Source of the DNA: Spirochaetia bacterium | GTDB lineage: Bacteria > Spirochaetota > Spirochaetia > SZUA-6 > Bin103 | NCBI GenBank assembly: GCA_965208575.1 | Contig: CBDBOV010000004.1 | Location: 1,248,001 to 1,312,000, forward strand | Direction of reading: 5' to 3' | Length of the DNA: 64,000 nucleotides | Shown here: one piece after another, positions 1 through 9,449 of the stretch | How the letters are laid out: the number at the start of each line of letters is the position of its first letter | How positions within the stretch are numbered: the stretch's first letter is position 1 | Translations under genes and position numbers: made by a program | Notes under the pieces: model-generated | The model's database searches: none | The model's input: the letters and a program-made list of their open reading frames with translations, nothing else | What the model was told of the DNA's origin: nothing

Positions 1-320
1 TAGGCGGCCATCAGCTTGACGTTGGCACGTCCGTAGCAGACGTGGGTGCGGATCATCTCCACGGCGCGGGTGGCCAGGAACACGCCGAACGTGTTGACGA
101 ACGGGATCTTGCCGGCCAGCGCCAGGCCCACCGCGCAGTCCACCAGCGACTGCTCGGCGATGCCGGTGTTGATGAACCGGTCCGGGAACTCGTCGGCGAA
201 CATGAAGCTGTGGTCGGAGTTGGACACGTCGGCGGACAGCACCACCACGTCGGGGTTGCGGCGCCCCAGCTCGACCAGCGCCTTACCGTAGGCGACGCGC
301 GTGTTGATCAGTTCAGCCAC
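1..320 (-). CDS. Transketolase C-terminal (pyrimidine-binding) subunit, runs off window
   Basis: Minus strand from GTG at 320 reads VAELINTRVAYGKALVELG...VLSADV...FPDRFINTGIAEQ; overlaps the end of the N-terminal subunit. Confidence 0.9.
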   Translation of the reverse strand, partial: MAELINTRVAYGKALVELGRRNPDVVVLSADVSNSDHSFMFADEFPDRFINTGIAEQSLVDCAVGLALAGKIPFVNTFGVFLATRAVEMIRTHVCYGRANVKLMAA

Positions 321-1204
321 TGGCCCATCCCCGCTTCCAGCTCCGCCTTGGCGGCCGCGTACTCGTCTTCGGTAGGCGGCGTGCCGTGCCAGTTGTGGTC
401 GTATTCCATGAACGAAACCCCGCGCCCCTTGGTGGTGCGGGCGATGATCACGGCGGGCCGGGCGTGCACCTGGTCGGCGCGGTCGAGCGCCGCCAGCACC
501 TCGCGCACGTTGTGGCCGCCGACCTCCTGCACGTGCCAGCCGAACGCCTCCCACTTGGCCGCGATCGGCTCGTGCGGCATCACGTCGGCGGTGGCGCCGG
601 TCTGCTGGGTGCCGTTGTAGTCCAGGATCGCCACCAGGTTGCCGAGCCGGTACTTGGCCGCCAGCATGGCGCCCTCCCAGATCACCCCGGCGTCGATCTC
701 GCCGTCGCCCAGCACCACGTACACGCTCGCCGGCGAGGCGGCCCCGGACGGCGCCGTCTGCGCCGACGGCTTGGCGTCGCGCTCGCGCAGGGCGAGCGCC
801 ATGCCGCAGCCGACCGCAACCCCGTGCCCGAGCGGCCCGGCCGGGATCTCGATGCCCGGCGTCTTGCGGTCCGGGTGCCCTTGCAGGCGGCTGTCCACCT
901 TGCGAAAGCTCAGCAACTCGGCGGGCGGGAAGAACCCGCGGTGGGCGAGCGCCGAGTACAGGGCGGCGCAGGCGTGCCCCTTGGAGAACAGCAGCCGGTC
1001 GCGGTCCGGCCAGTCGGGGCGCTCGGGATCGATGCGCAGGTGGTGGAAGTAGAGCGCGGCCAGGATCTCGGCGCAGGAGAACGCGCCGCCCAAGTGGCCG
1101 CTGTTGCTGTCGTGCACCATCTCCAACACGTCCAGCCGAAACTGCTGGGCGCGCCGGTGCAGCTCGTGCACCAGCTCCGGGGGATGGTCATGGGTATGCC
1201 GCAT
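308..1204 (-). CDS. Transketolase N-terminal (ThDP-binding) subunit
   Basis: SGHLGG, DRLLFSKGHA, LQGHP, GPLGHG and GDGE...N motifs. Confidence 0.93.
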   Translation of the reverse strand: MRHTHDHPPELVHELHRRAQQFRLDVLEMVHDSNSGHLGGAFSCAEILAALYFHHLRIDPERPDWPDRDRLLFSKGHACAALYSALAHRGFFPPAELLSFRKVDSRLQGHPDRKTPGIEIPAGPLGHGVAVGCGMALALRERDAKPSAQTAPSGAASPASVYVVLGDGEIDAGVIWEGAMLAAKYRLGNLVAILDYNGTQQTGATADVMPHEPIAAKWEAFGWHVQEVGGHNVREVLAALDRADQVHARPAVIIARTTKGRGVSFMEYDHNWHGTPPTEDEYAAAKAELEAGMGQWLN

Positions 1205-1210
1205 GGCCCG

Positions 1211-1239
1211 AACCTAAGCGGCACCCTTCCCATGGTCAA
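1211..1239 (-). promoter_or_regulatory. Sigma70-like promoter of the transketolase genes (leaderless type)
   Basis: TTGACC-N17-TAGGTT, 6 nt before ATG at 1204. Confidence 0.6.
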
Positions 1240-1293
1240 GGCTCCCCGGTCAAGGTACCCTGATCGTGCGACCTGTGGCCTGGACATATTCGG

Positions 1294-1851
1294 ATGAACT
1301 TTGAGCGTGTGCTCCGTGATCTGACTTCCGACTTTGACGAGCGTGACGTCCCCTACGCCCTGATTGGCGGATTCGCCGTGGGAGCATTGGGGATATCACG
1401 CGCGACCATGGACCTCGACTTCCTGGTGGCCCGGGAGGCTCTCCCTCAAGTCGATGACATTATGCAACGTCGCGGCTATCGTCTTCGGTTGCGGACCGAC
1501 AACGTGTCCCAGTTCGTTTCGGATCTGGCACCCATCGGGCAGGTCGACTTCCTGCACGCGTTCCGCGCGGTCTCCTCCAGCATGTTGAAGCGGGCTTCCG
1601 AAGTGCCCACGTTTGGTGGGCGCCTCCGTGTGCGCACGCTGCGACCCGACGATATCATCGGCTTGAAGGTGCAAGCACTATCGAACGACCCGCGGCGGGA
1701 ACACCGTGATCTGACTGACATCGAGTCGCTTGCTGAACGCTACGCCGATGAGATCGACTGGGAACGAATGCGCGAATACTTCACCCTGTTCGACAGATTG
1801 GAGCTGTATGAGGAAGTCCGAACGAACTACGGTCCCGCTGACCGCGGCTGA
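1294..1851 (+). CDS. Nucleotidyltransferase-fold protein (DUF6036/AbiEii-like)
   Basis: ALIGGFAV...RATMDLDFLV motif; C-terminal K...R..D..D motif. Confidence 0.75.
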   Translation: MNFERVLRDLTSDFDERDVPYALIGGFAVGALGISRATMDLDFLVAREALPQVDDIMQRRGYRLRLRTDNVSQFVSDLAPIGQVDFLHAFRAVSSSMLKRASEVPTFGGRLRVRTLRPDDIIGLKVQALSNDPRREHRDLTDIESLAERYADEIDWERMREYFTLFDRLELYEEVRTNYGPADRG

Positions 1852-2032
1852 AAGGGCCGAGTTGCTCGCGCTGGGAGGTTCGGCCGAGTTGCGCCGAGAC
1901 ATGCGTGCCGCCGCACAGAACACGGAGCTCAGCTTCGACGACTACATCGCATTCGCTACGTGCTTCGCCCGGTTTGCAAACCATCCCCGGCGTCCGTCCC
2001 GTCCCGTGAACGATAGCGGGTTCAAGCTATAG
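1808..2032 (+). CDS. Small hypothetical protein, possible partner of the nucleotidyltransferase
   Basis: 74-aa ORF from ATG 1808 overlapping the NTase 3' end and filling the gap to the aminopeptidase stop. Confidence 0.45.
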   Translation: MRKSERTTVPLTAAERAELLALGGSAELRRDMRAAAQNTELSFDDYIAFATCFARFANHPRRPSRPVNDSGFKL

Positions 2033-3251
2033 CCCACTCGCCGGCGCGCATGACCGGTTCGGTGGAGCCGTCGGCGCGCACGCCGTCGATGTCCATTTGC
2101 CCGGAGCCGATCATGAAGTCCACGTGGGTGACGCTGGCGTTGGCGCCGGCGGCGGCCAGTTCCTGCTCCGACATCGCTTCCGCGCCGGTGAGGCACACCG
2201 TGTACGCCTGGCCGAGCGCGGCGTGGCTGGCGGCGTTCTCGTCGAACAGCGTGTTGTAGAACAGCCGGCCGAGCTGCGAGATGGGCGAGCGGTGCGGCAC
2301 CAGTGCGATCTCGCCCAGGCGGGCGGCGCCCTCGTCGGTGGCGATCAGCTTCTCCAGCACCTCGGCGCCCGACTCCGCCTCCACGGCGACGACGCGGCCC
2401 TGCTCGAAAGTCAGACTGAAGTTCTCGATCAACCGGCCGCCGTAGTTCAGCGGCTTGCTGGCCGCCACCCTGCCGTCGACCCGCCGGCTGTGCGGCAGCG
2501 TGAACACCTCCTCGGTCGGAATGTTGGGTACGAACCGCGTGCCCTCGGCGTTGTAGTCGATGCCGCCCTTCCAGATGTGGCCGTCCGGCAGGCCGACGGT
2601 GAGGTCGGTGCCGGGCGCGGTGTAGCGCAGCGCCGTGTACGCCCGCTCGTTCAGGAACTCGCGGCGCGATTCGAGCGCATCGATGTGGCCCTGCCACGCG
2701 GCCGCCGGGTCGGCCTGGTCCACCCGGCAGGCGCGGAAAATCGCCTCCCACAGCCGGTCCACCCGCTCCCGCTCCGGGGCCTCCGGGAACACCCGCTGCG
2801 CCCACGGCGCCACCGCCGCCGAGATCACGCACCAGCTCACTTTCATGTTGGTGATATAGCCGCGGCTGAACGGTTTCGACTGCTCGGAGGCCGCCCGCAT
2901 GGTGGTGGCCACGCGCTCGGGATCCTGCCCCTTGAGCAGGTCGGGGTTGCCGCCGGCGACGGTCAGGAACGCCGCCCCCTGCTCGGCGCGCTCGATCATG
3001 CCCTTGACGCGCCAGGTGGGGAATTCCTCGAACGAGTCGGCCGGCGCATGCCGGAAGCGCACCAACTGCAACTCGTCGTCGCTGTAGGATACGTCCACGT
3101 AGGGGCAGCCGGCCTGGTAGGCGCTCGCGGCCAGCGCGCGGGTCAACTCGACCGCTTCAATCGGCGCGCGGATCACCAGGTGCTGCCCCTTCTGCAGATT
3201 CAGCCCTACCCTGATCGCCAGGTCCGCGTACCGTTCCATTATCTCTTGCAT
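2022..3251 (-). CDS. Aminopeptidase, M29 (AmpS/AmpT) family
   Basis: NIPTEEVFTLP, LGEIALVP, YNTLFDENAASHAALG, HVDFMIG; start MQEIMERYADL at 3251. Confidence 0.93.
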   Translation of the reverse strand: MQEIMERYADLAIRVGLNLQKGQHLVIRAPIEAVELTRALAASAYQAGCPYVDVSYSDDELQLVRFRHAPADSFEEFPTWRVKGMIERAEQGAAFLTVAGGNPDLLKGQDPERVATTMRAASEQSKPFSRGYITNMKVSWCVISAAVAPWAQRVFPEAPERERVDRLWEAIFRACRVDQADPAAAWQGHIDALESRREFLNERAYTALRYTAPGTDLTVGLPDGHIWKGGIDYNAEGTRFVPNIPTEEVFTLPHSRRVDGRVAASKPLNYGGRLIENFSLTFEQGRVVAVEAESGAEVLEKLIATDEGAARLGEIALVPHRSPISQLGRLFYNTLFDENAASHAALGQAYTVCLTGAEAMSEQELAAAGANASVTHVDFMIGSGQMDIDGVRADGSTEPVMRAGEWAIA

Positions 3252-3320
3252 GCGGTGAGTGTAACGTATCGGCGCACCGCCCTTGCCCGGCCTATACTCG
3301 GCGCGGGAACTCCGCAGAAG

Positions 3321-4040
3321 ATGGCACACAACGAATCGGACCTTGACGACAGAGGCATAGTCGACGCCCTCTCCGGCGTCACGACCGCAACTTTGACCAC
3401 GCTGCTGCTCAAGAAGGGCCTTCGCAACGTGTGGATGCGCGGCACCGGGCCGCTGCAGCCGGGCCAGCCGCGCGTGGTGGGGCGCGCCTTCACGCTGCGC
3501 TTCGTTCCGGCCCGCGAAGACCTGGCCACCCCGGAGTCGTGGAGTTCGCCGATCTCCACCCGGGCAGCGATCGAGGCGATGCCGGCGGGCTGCGTGGCGG
3601 TGGCCGGTGCCGCGGGCTGCACCGACGCCGGCATCTTCGGCGACATCCTGTGCGCGCGAATCGGCAAGCGCGGCGTGGCCGGGCTGGTGACCGACGGCGT
3701 GGTGCGCGACGGCGCCGGCGTGCAGGCGACCGGGCTGCCGGTGTGGTGTCAGGGAATCGCGGCGCCGCCGTCGGTGGCCGGCCTGACCTTCGTCGGCTGG
3801 CAGGAACCGATCGGCTGCGGCGGCGTGGCGGTGTTTCCGGACGACCTGGTGGTGGCCGACGGCGACGGCGCGGTGGTGATCCCTGCCGCGCTGGTCGACG
3901 AGATGGCAGCCGCCGGGCCGGAGCAGGAGCACCTCGAAGAGTGGATCATGGCAGAGGTGGACGCCGGCGCCGCGCTGCCCGGCCTGTATCCCCCGAACGA
4001 CGCCAACCGCGCCCGCTACGAAGCGTCACGCCGCGGGTAG
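3321..4040 (+). CDS. RraA-family / HMG-aldolase-like protein
   Basis: GRAFTLRFVPARED, GIFGDIL, VTDGVVRD, DLVVADGDG. Confidence 0.88.
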   Translation: MAHNESDLDDRGIVDALSGVTTATLTTLLLKKGLRNVWMRGTGPLQPGQPRVVGRAFTLRFVPAREDLATPESWSSPISTRAAIEAMPAGCVAVAGAAGCTDAGIFGDILCARIGKRGVAGLVTDGVVRDGAGVQATGLPVWCQGIAAPPSVAGLTFVGWQEPIGCGGVAVFPDDLVVADGDGAVVIPAALVDEMAAAGPEQEHLEEWIMAEVDAGAALPGLYPPNDANRARYEASRRG

Positions 4041-4091
4041 CCGATACGTTGCTACTTGACCGCAACCGGTAAACTAAGCCAGACTAAGGGT

Positions 4092-4325
4092 ATGTTGGTG
4101 GTGAATACTCATGAGGCGAAGACGCGGCTCTCGGAGCTGCTTCGGCTGGTCGAGGAGCGCAGTGAACGGATCCGGGTGTGCCGGAACGGCAAGCCGGTCG
4201 CCGAGATCGGGCCGATTGCAGGAGCGGAGCGCGATCCCCTGGTACCGAATCCGCGCCTCTCCGGGGTGGTGTTCCACGAGGATCCCGTCGCGCCACTTGA
4301 CGATGACGACTGGCCGGACGCTTAG
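4092..4325 (+). CDS. Phd/YefM-family antitoxin
   Basis: VNTHEAKTRLSELL...RNGKPVAEI; directly upstream of a PIN toxin. Confidence 0.88.
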   Translation: MLVVNTHEAKTRLSELLRLVEERSERIRVCRNGKPVAEIGPIAGAERDPLVPNPRLSGVVFHEDPVAPLDDDDWPDA

Positions 4326-4327
4326 TC

Positions 4328-4732
4328 TTGCTGCTCGACACCTGTACTCTGCTGTGGCTCGCGTCGTCTTCGAACAAGCTGCCGGCGAACGTGCGCCGGG
4401 TGATTGCGAGCAACGCCGGCAACCTGTTCATCTCCGCGATCACGGCGTTCGAGATCGGCATCAAATACCGGCGCGGCAAGCTGGAGCTACCACTTGCCCC
4501 GGCTGACTGGATTGCCGAGGCGCTCGATCACCATAACGTTCAAGAAATAGCGATCGACTGGCGGATCGCGGAGCGATCCACGTCCTTGCCGCGGCTGCAC
4601 AAGGATCCGGCGGACCGCATCATCGTCGCCACTTCCCTCACCTCCGGCGCGCCGATCCTCACTCCGGACGGCGACATCGCGCAGTACCCCGGCGTCACGG
4701 TAATCTGGGACGGTCCCCGGCCATCTCGCTGA
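4328..4732 (+). CDS. vapC: VapC-family PIN toxin
   Basis: LLDTC, SAITAFEI, HKDPADRIIVA, ILTPD. Confidence 0.9.
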   Translation: MLLDTCTLLWLASSSNKLPANVRRVIASNAGNLFISAITAFEIGIKYRRGKLELPLAPADWIAEALDHHNVQEIAIDWRIAERSTSLPRLHKDPADRIIVATSLTSGAPILTPDGDIAQYPGVTVIWDGPRPSR

Positions 4733-4877
4733 GCCGTCCGCTCGACTCCGGTCCGCTCGCCCAACCATGCCGCCGAACCTGAGCCGCATCGCACCCGCGG
4801 ACAAGTCGGGTGCACGGGCATTTTCTGGTTGACCGGAATTATCTCATGAGTATATTCGGTCGCACCGGAAAACACTC

Positions 4878-6035
4878 ATGGCCTTGAACCAGCCGACGAC
4901 AGCCCGGTACCTGGCCTCATCGGTAACCGGAGATCTGGCCGACCGCATGGTGTTCGTGGGTGGCCCCCGCCAGGTGGGCAAGACGACGTTCGCTCTGTCG
5001 CTGCTTGGCTCCCGGGCCGACGAGTCCTCGCCCGCCTACCTGAACTGGGACTATCCGCTCGACCGGGAAGCGATCCTGGCCGCGCGATTGCCCGCGCGTC
5101 AGCGGCTCGTGATCTTCGACGAGATCCACAAGTACGCCGGCTGGCGCGGACTGATCAAGGGGCTCTTCGACAAGCACCGGTCATCGATCTCCTTTCTGGT
5201 AACCGGCTCGGCCCGCCTCGACTACTACCGCAAGGGCGGCGACTCCCTGCAGGGCCGCTACCACTACTACCGCCTGCACCCGTTCACGCTGTTGGAGAGC
5301 CCCGCCGCGGCGGACGCCGGCACGGTTGCTCATCTGCTCCGGTTCGGCGGCTTTCCCGAGCCGTTCCTGCGCGGCGAGGAGCGGTTCCACCGCCGCTGGT
5401 TGCACGAGCACTCGGCGCGCGTCATCCACGAGGATCTGCGTGACCTGGAACAGGTGCGCGAGGTGTCGCGGCTCGACCTGCTGCTCGCCCACCTGCCCGC
5501 GTGCGTGGGCTCGCCGCTGTCGGTGAACCGCCTGCGCAAGCTGCTGCAGGCTTCGCACGAGACTGTCGAGCGGTGGATCTCCGCGTTTGAGCGCCTCTAC
5601 CTGTGCTACCGGCTGGCGCCGTACGGGAGCGCGCCGATCAGGGCGGTGCGCAAGGAACGCAAGCTCTACTTCTGGGACTGGTCGCGGGTGGAGGAGCCCG
5701 GCGCCCGCTTCGAGAACATGGTGGCGGGACACCTGTTGAAATACTGCCACCTGGTCGAAGACACGCAGGGCCACGCGATGGAGCTGCGTTTTCTTCGCGA
5801 CACCGACGGGCGCGAAATCGACTTCGTGGTGCTGCGCGACGGCCGCCCCGAGTTCGCCGTTGAATGCAAGAGCGGCGACCGCCGCGCATCGCCGGCGTGC
5901 CGCTACATGCGGGAACGCAGCAGCATTCCGCGCTGGTACCAGGTACACCTCGGCACGGCCGACTTCGGCGACGAGCACGCCGCCACCCGCGTGCTCCCGT
6001 TTGCCACCTGGTGCCGCGAACTGTCGCTGCCGTAG
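4878..6035 (+). CDS. AAA_14 ATPase with DUF4143/nuclease-like C-terminus
   Basis: GPRQVGKT, FDEIHK, VTGSA, DSLQGR, KLYFWD, FENMV, EIDF...ECK. Confidence 0.88.
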   Translation: MALNQPTTARYLASSVTGDLADRMVFVGGPRQVGKTTFALSLLGSRADESSPAYLNWDYPLDREAILAARLPARQRLVIFDEIHKYAGWRGLIKGLFDKHRSSISFLVTGSARLDYYRKGGDSLQGRYHYYRLHPFTLLESPAAADAGTVAHLLRFGGFPEPFLRGEERFHRRWLHEHSARVIHEDLRDLEQVREVSRLDLLLAHLPACVGSPLSVNRLRKLLQASHETVERWISAFERLYLCYRLAPYGSAPIRAVRKERKLYFWDWSRVEEPGARFENMVAGHLLKYCHLVEDTQGHAMELRFLRDTDGREIDFVVLRDGRPEFAVECKSGDRRASPACRYMRERSSIPRWYQVHLGTADFGDEHAATRVLPFATWCRELSLP

Positions 6036-6155
6036 CCCGATAGCTGTCGTCAGAGAGGACGCGCACGCCGGGGCCGCTGACTGGCACCACGACAGTGCCG
6101 ACCTGATCGCCACCCTCAAGGAACCCCGGCCGGCGGCAACCTCGTAGTCCCGTTT

Positions 6156-6632
6156 CTACGACTTCGCCGGTCCGCCGACGGCGGACCGGCGACCGGCACC
6201 GCTCGAGGTCGACGCGGACTCGACCACCAGTTCGTGTCCGAGTACGCGCAACGCTTCGTCGATGCGGTTGACGGACGTCCCGTGACGCGGGTCGAGCATA
6301 CGTCGCACTACCTTCTCATCGACGCCGAGCCGGCGAGCGAGTGCCATGCGCGACAATCCGCTATCCCGAAACGCGAGAGCAAGAGCGGCCTTTGCAGCCG
6401 TAACGGGTGGGACAGCGACGCCGAACTCCCCGGGACGGCAGGCGCTCGGCAGCGGAATGGGTTCGTAGTCGTCAATGCGCCCCGCGACCGCTTCGTCGAG
6501 CGCGTCGGCCGCCTCGGCGAGTGCGTCCGCTTCGTCGACGCCACTGGTCAGACACTCGGGTAGATCCCGAAACGAAACGACAATCTCATCGGCACCCGTC
6601 CGGCGCAACTCGGCAGGATAAACGAAACGCAT
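6156..6632 (-). CDS. hicB: HicB-family antitoxin with C-terminal HTH
   Basis: MRFVYPA...VVSFRDLPECLTSG...A.EAL; HTH LARRLGVDEKVVRRMLDPRH. Confidence 0.85.
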   Translation of the reverse strand: MRFVYPAELRRTGADEIVVSFRDLPECLTSGVDEADALAEAADALDEAVAGRIDDYEPIPLPSACRPGEFGVAVPPVTAAKAALALAFRDSGLSRMALARRLGVDEKVVRRMLDPRHGTSVNRIDEALRVLGHELVVESASTSSGAGRRSAVGGPAKS

Positions 6633-6642
6633 GAGTTCCCCC

Positions 6643-6891
6643 CTAATCGTCCTGTCGCTTGCCGGTCTTCCGCGGCTGAACCAAGTCAAGCCGACTGAGG
6701 CCCAACTGACGAACCATGGCGGAAAGGAGCCCGGCAGTAATCTCCTTCTTGCGGTCTTTGACCGTGGTCTTGCGCGACCCATAGTACAGCGTGACATGAC
6801 TGCCCTTGCCACGCTTGGAGTCGACACGAACAGAGACCCCGCGGGTCCGCGCAACCTCAGAGACTCGTTCGATGAACTCCCTCCCGGTCAC
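6643..6891 (-). CDS. hicA: HicA-family toxin
   Basis: From GTG 6891: REFIERV...RGKGSHVTLYYG...MVRQLGL; upstream of hicB. Confidence 0.82.
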   Translation of the reverse strand: MTGREFIERVSEVARTRGVSVRVDSKRGKGSHVTLYYGSRKTTVKDRKKEITAGLLSAMVRQLGLSRLDLVQPRKTGKRQDD

Positions 6892-6897
6892 CGTTCC

Positions 6898-6927
6898 AAT
6901 ATCGGACGTTAGTGTCCGACACGTCAA
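6898..6927 (-). promoter_or_regulatory. hicAB promoter with palindromic operator
   Basis: TTGACG-N18-GATATT; TCGGAC-N6-GTCCGA inverted repeat at 6902-6919. Confidence 0.6.
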
Positions 6928-7168
6928 TCCGATCCATACGCGTCGCGCTCCGCGGCAGCGGCGGCATTGACCCGGCGAAACCTGCGAGCGAGAATCCACT
7001 ACGCGGATGATGAGGAACCTTGGCGACCGCGGCTTGACGTTGCAGCTTGACGAGCGGCGGGACGTGGAGACTCCGGACGGCACCGGTGCCGCGGGTGGCG
7101 CGCGACGGTTGGCCGTTCGGCGATGGCATGCGTGCAGCCGTGTTGCCGCCCGGTAGCCGCGACTCCTG

Positions 7169-8647
7169 ATGGCGAAGGGCAGGCCCAACTTCCTGTTTCT
7201 GATCGCGCACGACATCTCGTTGCGGTTTGGCTGTTACGGCGATGCGCGCGCGATGACTCCCAACATCGACGCGCTCGCTGCCGGCGGCACCGTGTTCGAA
7301 AATGCCTTCTGCCAATTCCCGCTGTGTGCACCGGCGCGCACCTGTCTGATGACCGGCTGCCGGCCCGGCACCGTGCAGCGCTACGGAATCGGCGGCGCCG
7401 ATTTCTACGCCGGCCTGCGCCGCCGGCTGCCCTGGATCCGCACCCTTCCCGAGTTGCTGCGCGCGGCCGGCTACCGGACGGCGAACCTGCACAAGGTGCT
7501 GCACGAGTACGAGGCCGATCCGCCGAGTTGGAGCGAGCCGCCCTGGTACGCGGCCACCGGGGAGGTGCCGGCCTGGTGCCCGGACGACTTCGAGTGCCGG
7601 GAGCGGGCGCGGCGCTACCGCTCGACCGCCAACCGCAGCCTGATGGAAGCGCGCTTCCGCCTGTTGCATGCCGCCGAACCGGACGCCGCCGCCGAGTTCA
7701 AACGCTGGCGCGGGGGCCCGGTGGAACGCGCCGCGGTGGGAGATGACGCCTACTACGCCGGCGAGACCGCCGACCGCGCGATCGCCCTGCTGCACGCCCA
7801 CGCCGCCGACCGCGCCGCCGGGCCGCTGTTTCTCGGCGTGGGGTTCTGCAATACCCACTTGCCGTGGCTGGCGCCGGAGCGCTATTGGAAACCGCACGAC
7901 GCCACCGACTTCGGCGCCGAGGCCGGCTACGAGACGCCCCGCCCCACCCCGTTTGCGGGCAAGCTGGCGGCGGCCGGCAACGAGCCGTACCAGTATTTCC
8001 GGCAAGACGATCACCTCCCCGGAGCCCGTGCCGCCTGGCAGCCCACGGCACTGCAGGCCCAGGAGCTACGCCGCGGCCACTACGCTGCCGTCAGCTACCT
8101 GGACGCCCAGGTCGGGCGCATCCTCGCCGCCCTCGACGACACCGGCCTGGCCGGCGACACCGTGGTCGTGTTCACCGCCGACCACGGCTTCGCGCTCGGC
8201 GAGCACCGCCACTGGGGCAAGGGCATGCCGTGGGATCCCGAGCTGCGCGTCCCGCTTCTGCTGCGCACCCCGGACGGCGGGTCAGGCCAACGCGTCGCCG
8301 CGCTTGCCGAGCACGTCGACCTGCTGCCTACCCTCCTGGAGCAGGCCGGCCTGGAACCGCCCGCCTGGGCCGCGGGCAGCAGCCTCACGCCGCTGCTGCA
8401 CCACCCGGCCGCCCCCGGCAAGCAGGCGGCGTTCGCGCAGGCGGTCCGCGGCGCGCTCACCGCCCACTCCACCCGCACCCCCCGCTACCGCCACACCCGC
8501 TGGCTCGACCGCACCGGCCACCCGCACGCCGAGGAACTCTACGACCACCGCGCCGACCCTGCGGAAACGATCAATCTCGCCGCGGACGCCGACCCGTCCC
8601 TCCTCGCCCACCTGCGCTCCCTCTCCCCAAGCACCACCCAAAGCTGA
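7169..8647 (+). CDS. Sulfatase (Cys-type, iduronate-sulfatase-like)
   Basis: RPNFLF, LCAPAR (CxPxR), FTADHG, ELYDH..DP.E..NLA. Confidence 0.9.
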   Translation: MAKGRPNFLFLIAHDISLRFGCYGDARAMTPNIDALAAGGTVFENAFCQFPLCAPARTCLMTGCRPGTVQRYGIGGADFYAGLRRRLPWIRTLPELLRAAGYRTANLHKVLHEYEADPPSWSEPPWYAATGEVPAWCPDDFECRERARRYRSTANRSLMEARFRLLHAAEPDAAAEFKRWRGGPVERAAVGDDAYYAGETADRAIALLHAHAADRAAGPLFLGVGFCNTHLPWLAPERYWKPHDATDFGAEAGYETPRPTPFAGKLAAAGNEPYQYFRQDDHLPGARAAWQPTALQAQELRRGHYAAVSYLDAQVGRILAALDDTGLAGDTVVVFTADHGFALGEHRHWGKGMPWDPELRVPLLLRTPDGGSGQRVAALAEHVDLLPTLLEQAGLEPPAWAAGSSLTPLLHHPAAPGKQAAFAQAVRGALTAHSTRTPRYRHTRWLDRTGHPHAEELYDHRADPAETINLAADADPSLLAHLRSLSPSTTQS

Positions 8648-8742
8648 GCGCTGCACCACAATGCACCGGTTCCGACACGGCGGCCCGCGGGTCGTCAAGT
8701 TGACATCATGCCACTATCTATTATTAACAATGCGTCCATTAC

Positions 8743-9438
8743 ATGGTGTCTCGAATCGGCGTGCACGTACTTCGATCGGCCATCCTTGCCATGGTGTTCG
8801 GTCTCCTGGCGTCGGTCGCCTCTGCGCATCCGGGCGGGAGGGCGAGCGACGGATGCCACTACTGCCGCTCGAACTGCGACAAGTGGAACCTCGAGAAGGA
8901 CGAGCGCCACTGCCACAACGGCGATTCCGAGTCGTCCGCACCCGACGCCCCGGCCCCGCAACCCAAGGCTTGCAAGAGAGGCAGCGGCGAGACGTGGCGC
9001 GGGCTGGTGGTGGCGCCGGAGTGCCGCTGCACCCCGTATGATCGCGGCGACTACCCCTATCCGCAGAGTGTCGAGCCGCTGATTGCACAGCGAGACGGAA
9101 TGACTTCCAAGTACAGTGGGACGAGATTCCTCAGCCTGAAGGAGTCGGACATCGAACACGTGGTGTCGCTGTCCGAGGCGCACGACAGCGGACTGTGCGC
9201 CGCCAGCGCCGCCGTGCGGCGCGCGTTCGCCCGCGACCTCGACAACCTGGCGCTGGCGACGCCGCGCTTGAACCGCCACCAGAAGCGCGGCCACGACGCC
9301 GCCGAGTGGCTGCCGCCACGGAACCGGTGCTGGTACGCGCTCACCATCATTGCCGTCCGCCAGGAATACCGGCTGACCATCGATCGGCGCGAGGCTGAGG
9401 CCCTGGAACGCGTGCTGGCCGATTGCCGCTCGAGTTGA
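8743..9438 (+). CDS. Secreted protein with YHYH-like motif and HNH/DUF1524-like nuclease domain
   Basis: Signal peptide; HPGG...GCH.C...HCH; DIEHVVSL.EAHDSG, DLDNL...N..K...DAAEWLP. Confidence 0.75.
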   Translation: MVSRIGVHVLRSAILAMVFGLLASVASAHPGGRASDGCHYCRSNCDKWNLEKDERHCHNGDSESSAPDAPAPQPKACKRGSGETWRGLVVAPECRCTPYDRGDYPYPQSVEPLIAQRDGMTSKYSGTRFLSLKESDIEHVVSLSEAHDSGLCAASAAVRRAFARDLDNLALATPRLNRHQKRGHDAAEWLPPRNRCWYALTIIAVRQEYRLTIDRREAEALERVLADCRSS

Positions 9439-9449
9439 GGCCGTCCGAG

